The notes beneath the pieces were generated by a model, which made no database searches, was not told the origin of the DNA, and worked only from the letters and a program-made list of their open reading frames with translations. Both the position numbers and the translations under genes were made by a program. Below are positions 20,311 through 31,681 of a stretch of DNA of 64,000 nt, piece after piece. The stretch's first letter is position 1. Every line of letters begins with the position of its first letter. Source of the DNA: Takakia lepidozioides (lineage: Eukaryota > Plantae > Bryophyta); assembly GCA_030704615.1 (NCBI GenBank), contig CM060732.1, forward strand, positions 39,370,001 through 39,434,000, read 5' to 3'.

Positions 20311-22864
20311 ATGGATCACTTCGCTCTGCCTGACGGCGGTCACCATATCCGTGTCAAAAATGCCACATCCCTTGAGTACAGTTCTGGAGAAGGCGGGTTC
20401 CTATGCTATCCGAGTCGGCGGAACTGGTCCAAAGAAGACCTGCGAGGTGAAAATTCGTTTGGCGGTAGATCCGCAGCTGAAGTGCGAGACTTTTTCCAAA
20501 CTTGGCTCTACTTTGGGTGCGTGATCGAAGTCCTCGCAGTGAACGGGGTCAAAGCGATCCCCGCCGAATTCCTAGATAAAAGCAAAAGGTACATTACAAC
20601 CAAGTATCTGCCGTCCAAGATACGCAAATGGAGGCGAAAGGTCCAGAAAGCGAAGGACGGCCAGCACGAGCGTTGTTTGGAAAGGTGTCTCATGGAGACG
20701 GAGACCATCCTGAGCGAGCTATCAAAGTACGTCAACTACTATTGCGCCACGCCCGGCCGTCCTCGTCTGGAGACGGAGATCGCGAAACCTGAGCACGCGA
20801 AATGGCCGCTCACCGAGGAGATCTCCATGTCCATCATTGCGCTCGGGTATACCCTCAAGCAAGCCATGCTGTCGTTCCACGACATTAGACGCACCGCGAG
20901 CAGGTGGGGGTATTCCATCCTTTTGAAGAATCGGATGCTGGCGCAAGGTTGGTGTCCGATGGATGTTCGGAGAAGTCTCTCGGATATGGGCATCGATGGG
21001 CATTACTATATCGCAGCGTTACCGAATCCCGAGGGGAAAGACATGCACGCGAGCAGGGGTTGCACGGAGGACATGTGTGTCGCGCAAAATATTGATGAGT
21101 CGACGTACCAGATGGCACATGCGGAAAACTGCGATGGCTGCGAAGATGTCTACGTCGATGTGAGTCGTGTCGTTGCAATCATGGACGCCAAAGGTACGCC
21201 GGTCATCTCCTGGAGCGAAGCGGAACAGAAACTACAAGTTGCGACCTTTGATAAGGACAAGTCGGATTCACCAAAGTACATAGCAATCTCCCACGTGTAA
21301 GCTTCCTACCTAAGCAACCGATCGAATTGGCTATACTTAATTTGTGAAACTGACAAACTTGTATGAACAGGTGGTCCGATGGAATGGGCAATCCGACTCA
21401 TAATTGTTTGCGGCGATGCCAAGTATCACAGATTCAAAAGATGGTGAACGCAGCTGCAGAATTTGGCAAGGCGAAGGGCAACCCAAGCCACTTTTGGATG
21501 GACACTCTCTGTATACCCGTCGCGAAAGATCTAGAGTCGTATCGACAGCTTGCCATCCAGGGACTAAAAGGTACTTATAGATATGCGTCTGCGGTGCTTG
21601 TGCTATCGTCTGACATTCGAAGAGTGCCATCAATGGCGAACGACCTCCAGAAGAGTGTCTGTCTGTATTTCTGCAATTGGAACCATCGGTTGTGGACGTT
21701 CCAGGAGGGAATCCTCGCGAACGAGTTGCTTTTGCAGTTTAAAGATCAAGCACTAAGTTTTCGTGAGGATATCAACGGGTTCGCTGACGGCATGCATAAG
21801 TCGACCGAGGACGGGCACTGCATCACGTTCCCATATGCATCGTCGGCGAACAATATGGGAGAGTTTGTCATCCTCCATGATTTCCTCAGGGATGGACTTC
21901 ATAAGCCTATCGACCGCGCATTGCAGTCGATAGTCGAGGCGCTCCAGTTCCGCAGACTTCAAAATTGGCTGATCAAACGCTGTGCATTTGCGGTTTAATG
22001 GGCCTAGATCCGAAAGATGTTCTAAATGCTACTGGGAAGGAAAAAGAGCTTGAAAAGCAGCGTATGGTGATCTTCCTGTCCATGCTGACGGAATATCCCT
22101 TCGACATCATCTTCAACACGCATGCCCGAGTACAAAGAGAAGGCTTCCGATGGGCGCCGGAATCTCTTTTGGGGATACCTAAGGACGGCTTCGTCAGGGA
22201 TATGAAAGATTGGGTGACTCTAACCCATGAGGGACTATCCCTGAATTCGTCTGGACTCTTCATCCCAAAACCTGTCATCGACCAGACAGCCTTCTCCACC
22301 CAATTCACCGCCCATATCCCTCGAGCCGGTAGGGAGCCCATCATCTTACAAATCAATGTCATCATCCCAAACCGGGAAAAGCTGCAGCAACCTCTTTATT
22401 GGGCACGGGGAGAGGACTACGCGGTCATAATGAAGACGACGTTCGAGGACGAGCGACGCCAGGAGGCTGAGGCCGCCTAGGGCTTTCCCTGCGGAACGGT
22501 GGAGATTGAAGATTTTCTGCAAAAACGCAATTACTTGCAAGCATCTTTAGGACGACCCTCGCACGACGCCGTGATCGGGATTGTCCGGGAGGTGAAGCGG
22601 GATAGTGGAGATGGAGTTGAGTACATACGCTTGCGACATGAATGCCTCGCAAGCGTTGTGTGGATGAATCCTTCCGCCTTGCTCGACGGCTCTTGGAAGG
22701 ATGTCGAAGACGATGAATCGGTTGTCACTGGCGCTCTGGCGAAGGCTTCGGTTGGAGATGAAGGTAACAAGGCAGGTACAGATGGAGACGTGGGCAACGA
22801 CGCCACTCATACTTCAATTCGGTGCGAATTTTTGCACAAGAAAACGAAGTGGTATCTTTTGTGA
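20311..22864 (+). pseudogene. Fungal-type HET (heterokaryon incompatibility) domain gene, probable horizontal transfer, disrupted
   Basis: Exon 1 20311-21296, intron 21297-21370 (GTAAGC..CTGAC..CAG), exon 2 21371-22864. Spliced motifs YIAISHVWSDGMGNP, FWMDTLCIP, VLVL, WNHRLWTFQEG, plus N-terminal MDH..F..QTWLYFG..GWCP and later FRWAP, as in ascomycete HET proteins. Frameshift ~21955 and in-frame TAG 22478-22480. Confidence 0.88.
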
Positions 22865-23084
22865 AACTCGTGGAACTTGGCTATTACACAATATTTTTTC
22901 TTAATTACAAGTATGGTATATTTGCATCTTGAGACTTCTACAAGCCATACTTCGGAGGTATTACTTTTATATGTTTCATAGACATGACAACAATATTTAT
23001 GGCGAGAGCATTGTTCTCATTTTTGGCGATTTTATTTATTTTTATCTCTAATAATATAATATAATATTTTGTCCCATGGATGAT

Positions 23085-23190
23085 ACCTCCAAACTTGTCC
23101 AAATACGATGAACATAATGGATGAATGCGTCAAATATGGATGATATGAATGGATGCTAGTACACAGGAGGATGATTCTATCCAAATTTCA
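23085..23190 (-). mobile_element. Truncated inverted copy of the 17797-18072 MITE
   Basis: ATGGATGAAT..AAATATGGAT..GAGGATGATTCTATCCAAATTTC matches the reverse complement of ~17870-17946. It ends at the duplication breakpoint. Confidence 0.75.
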
Positions 23191-23912
23191 AAGTGCTTGT
23201 CCTGGATGCTGGTAAGTGCATAGACCTCATAAGTGTTCTAATCGTCAATTTCATTGGGAACCCTTCTGCCATGTATTATCATGTGTATTATCATGTGTTA
23301 TCATATTATCAACTGTGGAGTCCCCCCATTTGACAAGTCTGGTCTGCAACTGTGGTAGTCCAGTGGGCTTTGTTAGCCAAACATTGCATTGTACATATCA
23401 TTCTACAATAGTCACACAATCATCGCAACCCTTACCTCATTGACATTGAACTCAATCAGCGCTTCCCATGGACAAGCAAGGTGGAAGAGTATGACAGCCC
23501 TATGATTCTACAGTAGTCACACAATGACCGCAACCCTTACCTTCTCTTGCTGTGACATTTTGGACTTAATCAGCGCTTCTCATGCACAGGCAAGGTGAAA
23601 GAGTATGACAACCTTACGACGCTTTTGGAGCAACTATCATCTATGTTTGCCTCTTTGGTTCATGAGTACTCATCAAGGTCGAGTGACTTCAGATCAGTTG
23701 ATAAACAGCTTCCAGCACAAGTCAATTTGCTTGACGAATGAGTCTTTCCTTCAATGCTGCACAACCTCAATTTGAACTCAGGGGCGGTCTCTCACAGCTC
23801 CTTCACATTTTAGTCTAGTGGGTTGCAGACCAGTGCAGGGCTTCTCCCCTATATATTACGACGTCGTATTTCAACAGTGTCGGGTTATCACGTTCTGTGG
23901 ATGGGCCGACAT

Positions 23913-24626
23913 TGTGAGTATAAAGTATGTATCAGATTAATATCTATCAAGTATCAGGTTGAAGCCATGGAGTCTCTAATCTGCTCTACATTACAACTCT
24001 ACTGCTTGCATTCATCAAGCATCAACAGATCGTCCTCCTCCTACTCCGTGCTCTCCCTCTTTCTGCTCAGAAATGCGCTCTCTGCCTCATTTCCCCCCAG
24101 TGATGTCCGAAGTCCCCCCAAGAAGTGATGATTTTTCCAGTCCTTGCTCCTGGCTTTATCTTCCTACCCGTTGTTCTAACCGTTTCCCTCACTAACCGTC
24201 ATCCGTGAACTAACATGTTCCATTCGTAGATGTTGTTCCCCATAGTCGTTCCTTGTCCTGCTATCCGTTCCCTATGGTCGTGACAGCTGTGTCAAGCTGT
24301 GACTGGCTGTGCGACTGTGTTGGGATGTGTCGGCTGTGTCGAGCTGTGACTGGCTGTGACGGCTGTGTCTGGCTGTGTCGGCTGTGTCGGACTGTGACGG
24401 GCTGTGATGGACTGTGACGGGCTGTGTTGGCTTGTGACAGGCTGTGTCGGACTGTGATGGGCTGTGTTGGCTGTGACGGGCTGTGTAACCCCCCCCCCCC
24501 CCCCCCCCCCCCCTTAAAGTGCGCTGCTGTCACCCCTAAGGCTCTTGTTGGTCTCAATCTGTGCAAAAATTAAGGGTACCCCACAGATCCCGTAAAAGTG
24601 CTTAAGTCCCAGACAGTCCTCTAACA
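23913..24626 (-). mobile_element. Truncated LTR copy
   Basis: Aligns to 26448-27150, including the GCTGTG minisatellite and the terminal AGTCCCAGACAGTCCTC.AACA. Confidence 0.85.
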
Positions 24627-24721
24627 GCAGCAACCTCTTTATTGGGCACGGGGAGAGGACTACGCGGTCATAATGAAGACGACGTTCGAGGACGAGCGAC
24701 GCCAGGAGGCTGAGGCCGCCT
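24627..24721 (+). repeat. Exact 95-nt copy of HET coding sequence (filler DNA)
   Basis: Identical to 22384-22478 by direct comparison. Confidence 0.95.
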
Positions 24722-25801
24722 TGAGCCCCTTTGTTGAGTCAAGTAATTGACCCTGGAGTAAGATGTTGAAAGTATCTAATTGCGGAGTAAGTATGCTGCT
24801 CATATGCTTTTGGAGAGTGGCTCGGTGACGAGTATGTTGATGGAGAGAGTGACATTTTCTGTGAAATATTCAAGGAAATATTGTCGGGTGACCAGTCGAG
24901 GTTCATCTCTGACAGGTTGTGGTACTTCTGACAATTTACTGTAAAGCACTTGTAAACTGATCACCAACTAAATAATCTCCAATTGACTAACCACCAACTA
25001 ACTGATTGGAGCTGTCACAAGCAATGTCAAAAATTATATTTACTGCTAGGTGTTTGATGCTATTGTTGTTCCAGGAGCTGAATTGTATAGTAGTCGTTTT
25101 GCTATTCCCATGCGAACAGTATCAGGTCCCCCAGAGACTGTCATATTCATACTCACGTATCAGCCACGGCCCAACAGAGCCTACTGCTCAACACAGGCCA
25201 TCGAGGGCCTTCTGGGTGAAGAGACACCATAATTTACGCTTCCTTGGGGGAATGCGTCAAATATTAAAAATATTAATTGGTTTTACAGGAGGGACCGTCC
25301 TATTGAGCAAAAGTGGGATAATATGTACTTTGATAACCAATATATAGTACATCCGCAATTTCAAAAATTATGTGATTTGCACAAGTGATCCTCGGTGATT
25401 GGGTTGTCGTGCGCATACGTATCGCTACATAACTACATCGCTGTCCAAACTATACCACATATATATGCATAATGAAGTAGTCTGCCACAATGATATGAAA
25501 ACTAAACTCACACTGTCTGTTGACACAAGAACACGAAATACAATATAATCACTCATTAAAATAAAAGTCGAGCCAGGGGCTCCCCAAGCTATGGGGACTC
25601 CACCCCACAACATCATACTCTCCCTCCATAAGTACACTCAGATGCTAAGCAGCGAGGGAGCTCGGTCGTGAAGATAAGATGGTTCAGGTGTCAAGCTAAA
25701 CCTGACACCTGACTTAATACTTGAACTAATTCCAAGTGTTAAATATAAATAACTAGATTTATTCTAGTTAGTTTCACACTGTGTTTATTTAACTTGATAG
25801 C

Positions 25802-27190
25802 TGTCGTGCGCATACGTATCGCTACATAACTACATCGCTGTCCAAACTACACCACACATATATGCACAATGAAGCAGTCTGCCACAATCGCTCCCCTAGC
25901 TGATGGATAGGTCCATCTAACTCCAGATAGCTATAAGATGTAATAGCCACAGCCGTACTAAGTCCTCTATGACTGTCCCTATTGTACTCAAACTCTATAG
26001 ACCAAGAGGCTGGGTACAAGAGTAGCCCCATCGTTAGTCGTCGTCTTGCAATCTGTGAACTTGAGCCAGGATCTCGTATGTTCAAGGTCTCCTAGTAGCT
26101 TGGCCTTGCATTTCTTGTTAGCCTTCCATGGTTGTATCCACTCCCACTATCCAATGCAATGCGGACATTGTCGCGCGGCTTTTACCCACCCATCTCTTCG
26201 CTATCCGAGGCGGAAACTCCAAGATAGAAGAGTTGGAAATCTCTAAGTACTCAGCCCGCTCAGAACAATTAGTCATGACTAACAGCTAGTGTATCATGGG
26301 GGTGTTTCCTATTTGTTTTCCTTCCCGCATTCATGTTAGCTAGTTACCTTACTGTTGGTAATTAAGTATCAGTTTGCTTCATCAATCTATCGGATTCCAT
26401 CAACTCATCCATTCATTCCACAGCTTCACTCAGATCTCTCTACACAGTGTGAGTATGAAGTGTGTATCAGATTAATATCTATCAAGTATCAGGCTGAAGC
26501 CATGGAGTCTCTAATCTGCTCTACATTACAATTCTACTACCTGCATGCATTAAGCATCAACAGATCCTCCTCCTACTCCGTGCTCTCCCTCTTTCTGCTC
26601 AGAGATATGCTCTCTGCCTCATTTCCCCCAGTGATGTCCGAAGTTCCCCCCCAAGAAGTGATTCAAGAATTGATCATTTTCCAGTCCTTGCTCCTAGCTT
26701 TATCTTCCTACCCGTTGTTCTAACCGTTTCCCTCACTAACTGTCATCCGTGAACTAACATGTTCCATTCGCAGGTGTTGTTCCCCACAGTCGTTCTCTGT
26801 CCTGCTATCCTTTCCCTATGGTCGTGACAGCTGTGTCAAGCTGTGACTGGCTGTGTGAAACTGTGATGGGCTGTGACTGGCTGTGCGACTGTGTTGGGCT
26901 GTGTCGGGCTGTGACTGGCTGTGTGGCTGTGTCGGGCTGTGTCGGCTGTGCGAAGCTGTGACGGGCTGTGTTGGCTGTGACGAGCTGTGCCGGACTATGA
27001 CGGGCTGTGTTGGCTGTGACGGGCTGTGTAACCCCCCCTAAAGTGCGCTGCTGTCACCCCTAAGGCTCATGTTGGTCTCAGTCTGTGCAAAAATTAAGGG
27101 TACCCCACAGATCTAGTAAAAGTGTCTAAGTCCCAGACAGTCCTCCAACATTACCCCTTCCCCTCTCAAAAAAACCGTGTCCTCACGGTT
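25802..27190 (-). mobile_element. Gypsy-type 3' LTR (~1.35 kb, TG..CA) with polypurine tract
   Basis: TGTCGTG at 25802 and ..CCAACA at 27150. The minus strand reads GAGGACACGGTTTTTTTGAGAGGGGAAGGGGTAA-TGTT (PPT then LTR). The same LTR end is repeated at 25405-25490. Confidence 0.75.
26826..27030. repeat. GCTGTG-based 9-10-bp minisatellite inside the LTR (paralog 24280-24487)
   Basis: Degenerate tandem GGCTGTGACG/GGCTGTGTCG units followed by a poly-C run. Confidence 0.9.
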
Positions 27191-28450
27191 TACTGATTGG
27201 GATTAGCAAACCTTTGTGAGCGAGCACCTTTCTGACGTTGAGTGTTTCGTGGTGGACTGTGTGTACGAGCCCGAGGTCTGTCACTGGTTGACGGAGATGA
27301 TTGAACACTCCTGCCTAGTGTGGTCCACGCTCTCGCCTTGGGTTTTTGAGAGAAATCCCCCCCCCTTTTGTTCAATATCTATTTTGATCTGTTAACTGAG
27401 GGATGAAAAGCTTAGGACTCTGATTGTGTGCAGCTCTTCCCCGAACTTCAGACCAACGCAAGAGGCAACTCTACCAAGATATCGACCTCACCTGGGGGAA
27501 GGGCGGCCTGCTCGGCTCCCGTGTTTCCGTGTCTCACCTGCCACAAACTCTGCCCTTTAGACTGGATACTCTCCCCACCTTCCATTTCTGCTCCCTCTGT
27601 TCTAATCTGGATACAGGGTGGTATCCCCTCTGTAAGCCCAGCCTTGCAGGTGATATTTATTCCTCCAACCAAGTAGAAGCCTTGGAACTCTGTTGGAACA
27701 CTTCATTTGATCACTATCTTCTTCGTGCTCTGTTTTTTTTGGCTAGCATGCTGAGGTTCCGAGGATGTTCCCCCACTGTAAGCCTGCATTGCCACCATGG
27801 TGGTTATTTTTCCCACCAGTTGTGACTCCTCTTTTATTTAATTTGATTAAAAGGGAAACTGCCCCTTTCTTTAAAAGAAAAACAAAACAAGGTAATTGGG
27901 TTAATCAATTTCTTCATGTTTGTGTACATGGGGACTCTGGAGTTTGGGAGGAAAGTTGGCCCATGGTGTTGCTCCAGCTCTGGTTAGGGCCTTCACCTGA
28001 AGTGACACAATAAGTAACCCGTGCTTCGGCAAGAGTCTTTCTCCACAAGTTGATAATAACTTCATACTTGGCAATTCTTTCTCCAATACTATCTGCTAAA
28101 CAAAACTTGTGCACAAGGCTGCCAGCTTATTAGCAGTCGTATTCACTTTCACCTTCAAGCTCTGAAGAAGCTCCACCATCCGCACCAAAACTAGAACAGA
28201 ACTTCCACTGTCACCAGAGGCGGTCAAACTCCCCCCTTGACTCAATATACCCGCTCCAGTCAAGTGCACTTGAGGGCTGACTTTCCACCTATGCTGGGTA
28301 GATCCACAATCGGCTCTTCGTAGTTTGATATGCAAAGAAGGAAATACCCTCAAGAGTACATCATTTCTCTGGAAATGGTGGATGAACCAAGCAGCTATGC
28401 ATATCAATGAATGAAGCAAGACACTTGCACCTATACAGAAAAAGATCAGG

Positions 28451-31400
28451 TCACCAGTAATCCCCACAAGAACAAACCCCATCTTTGAAGTGGTGAAAGT
28501 GGTTAGTGTCCCGTACAACAATTGCACGGCGGACAATCTTTGAGATGAACCTGATGGCGGTGTGGCAGTCACCACAAACCCGAAGATTCTTGATGATGCA
28601 GAGAGGCGTCCCAGGCGCTGTGCTGATCAACCCAAAAGCAATGGCCAGCTTCTCACTGTGGTAGCAAAGAGACATTTTCTTTTGCTCCTCCTCCACATCA
28701 TGCAATACAAAGCGAGTGTCAGGTACATACCCTGCCTCCTTCATCTGCTGAGACAGTCTTCTCAGCTCAACATGGATCTCCTCAATTTTCGGATGCAATT
28801 TGTCATCTACAAAAAAAGTGTGCACACTGTTGCCGACCTCAATGCAGCAGCGACCTGGCTCCTTTCTAACCCCTCTGATCTTCATCATTTTTCTCACCTT
28901 TGCAGTATCGTCCCACCTCCCAGCTGCAGCATAGATGTTTGATAGCAACACATAAGTCGCAGCGTCCTGTTCATCCCACTTGAGAATAGATGTTGCCGCA
29001 CGTTCAGCCATCTCCACATTGCCATGAATCCTGCACGCACCAAGCAAGGTCCTCCACACAACAGCATCTGGTTCAATTGGCATTTTGTCAATGAAGTCCT
29101 CTGCCTCATCCAATCGCCCTGCACGACCAAGAATGTCTACCATGCAGACGAAGTGCTCTACTGTTGGAGTGACACCATGATCTTGACTCAGTGAATCAAA
29201 GTAGTGTCTTCCTTCATCCACTAGGCCAACATGGCTACATGCAGAGAGAACACATATAAAGGTGATACTGTCCAGCTTCAAGCCTTCCTTTTGCATTCCT
29301 TCAAATAGTTGCAGGGCCTTCCTGTGACAACCATGCCGGGAATACCCTGCGATCATCGCAGTCCATGACACCACATTTCGTTCAGCCATATTGTCGAACA
29401 CTCCCTTTGCATCTTCGATGCTGCCGCATTTGGCATACATGTCCACCAGGGTATTGTTCAGAATGATATCAGGTACAATTCCAGCTTTGATTATGTCACA
29501 ATGGACCTGTTTGCCCTTTTCCAGGGCTGCCAGGCTAGCACACGCATTGCAAACACAATCCAACGTAACCTGGTCTGGCTTCACCCCTTCCCGCTTCATT
29601 TGTTCATAAGTTTCCAAAGCCTCCATCCCACACCCATGCCGAGCATATCCTGCAATCATCGCGTTCCACGACACTACATTTCGTTCAGTCATATTGTTGA
29701 ATACTCCCTTTGCATCTTTGATGCTGCCACATTTGGCGTACATGTCCACGAGGCTATTATTTAGAATGACATCAGGTAGAATTCCAGCTTTGATGATGTC
29801 AGCATGGACCTCTTTGCCATTTTCCAGGGCTGCCAAGCTTGCACACGCATTGGAAATGGAAACGAATGCGACTTGGTCTGGGTTCACCCCTTCCCGCAGC
29901 ATTTGCTCATAGATCTCCAAAGCCTCCATCCCACACCCTTGCTGCGCATATCCTGCAATCATCGTATTCCACGACACCACATTTCGTTCCGCCATATTGT
30001 CAAACACTCTCTTTGCATCCTCTAGGCTCCCGCATTTGGCATACATGTCCACCAGGGTATTGTTCAGACTGACATCAGGTACAATTCCAGCTTTCATGAT
30101 GTCACCATGGACCTCTTTGCCCTTTTCCAGGGCTGCCAGGCCCGCACACGCATTGCAAACACAAACAAACGTGACCCCGGTGGGATTCACCTGTTCCCCC
30201 ATCATTTGCTCATAGGTCTCAAAAGCCTCCATGCCACACCCTTGCTGCACATATCCTGTGATCATCGCATTCCACGACACAATATCTCGTTGGGCCATAT
30301 GGTCGAATACTCCCTTTGCATCTTTGAGGCTCCCGCATTTGGCATACATATCCACCAGGGTATTGTTCAGAATGACGTCAGGCACAATTCCAGCTTTCAT
30401 GATGTGACGATGGACCTCTTTGCCCTTTTCCAGGGCTGCTAGGCTGGCACATGCATTGCAAATGCAGATGAACGCAACCTGGTCCGGCCTCACCCCTTGA
30501 CATATCATTTGCTCATAGGTCTCCAAAGCCTCCATCCCACACCCCTGCTGGGCATATCCTGCAATCATCGCACTCCAGGACACCACATCCCGTTTAGCCA
30601 TATTGTCGAACACTCCCTTTGCAACTCTGATGCTCCCACATTTGGCATACATGTTCACAAGGGCAGTGTTCAGAATGACATCTGGTACAATCCCAGCTTT
30701 GATGATGTCAGCATGGACCTCTTTGCCCTTGTCCAGGGCTGCCAGGCTCGCACATGCATTGCAAACGCAAATGAATGCGACCAGGTCTGGCTTCACCCCT
30801 TCCCACATCATTTGTTCGTAGGTCTGCAAAGCCTCCATCCCACACCCATGATGGGCATATCCTGCGATCATTGAACTCCAGGACACCACATTTCGTTCAG
30901 CCATATTGTCAAACACTCCCTTTGCATCCTTGATGCTCCCACATTTGGCATACATGTTCATCAGGGCTGTGTTCAGAATGACATCTGGTACAATTCCCGC
31001 TTTCATGATGTCACTATGGACCTCTTTGCCCTTTTCCAGGGCTGCCAGGCTCGCACATGCATTACAAACGCAAATAAATGTGACCCGGTCAGGCTTCACC
31101 CCTTCCCATATCATTTGCTCATATGTCTCCAATGCATTCTTACCACACCCATGCTTGGTAAATCCAGTCATCATTATATTCCACGTGATCAAACCTCGTT
31201 CAGTCATTTTGTTGAACACTTGGTGTGCATCCACTACGCTCCCGCATTTAACATACATGTTGACCAGGGTGTTGTGTAGAAAGATATTTGGCTTGAATCC
31301 ACTTTGGATAATGTGAGCGTGCACTTGCTTTCCCGCTTCTAGGCCTTTCATCTTGATGCACTTATGCAAGAGACAGACATAAGTATCTGAATCTGCAGAT

Positions 31401-31681
31401 AAGCCTTGGTTCAAAATTTGTAGAGCCTCTTTCAGTCGCCCTGCCTCACATAGTGTCCTTATTTTGGAAGCTGTGGTCATGGTGGAGGTGCATGATTTTA
31501 TCAAATGTGCCACTGCTGCTACTTCCAGTTGATCATCTCCCCGTGCAGGTTTCTTGTAGCTATCAATCCGCAGGGAATCATAGCTACTCTTGTGCTTGAA
31601 ATTGGACCCTCTTGCATGAATCTGGACCCACACTCCATCCCTGCTCCTTCAGCTATTCCTGCCACGGCACCAATGGTGCAT
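28451..31681 (-). CDS. PLS-class PPR protein with E1-E2-DYW deaminase domain (organellar C-to-U editing factor), intronless
   Basis: About 23 L/S/P motifs in 303-nt triplets, then P2-L2-S2, E domains, HSEKLAIAF, KNLRVCGDCH and CSCGDYW-stop. The in-frame ATG at 31681 is followed by TGA at 31651-31649; the next ATG is at 31480. Confidence 0.95.

Larger units (their letters stand above)
23189..25326 (+). repeat. Local segmental duplication of the ABCC 3' end and downstream flank
   Basis: 23189-23854 = 9819-10493; 24725-24848 = 10536-10659; 24849-25326 = 15464-15926. High but imperfect identity. Includes an orphan copy of the last ABCC exon. Confidence 0.95.

Noticed and set aside
24261-24566. 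Repetitive ORF (SQPVTARHS..)
   Set aside because: Translation of the LTR minisatellite and poly-C run.
28170-28240. GDSGS serine-protease-like motif on the minus strand
   Set aside because: No other catalytic motifs, it lies in the PPR 3' region and is not kept in the related copy at 32.8 kb.
28451-28860. U-to-C (DYW:KP-type) editing domain
   Set aside because: It has a PG box, HSE active-site motif and terminal DYW, which fit canonical C-to-U editors.
29391-31316. Series of similar plus-strand ORFs
   Set aside because: Antisense shadows of the 303-nt PPR repeats.
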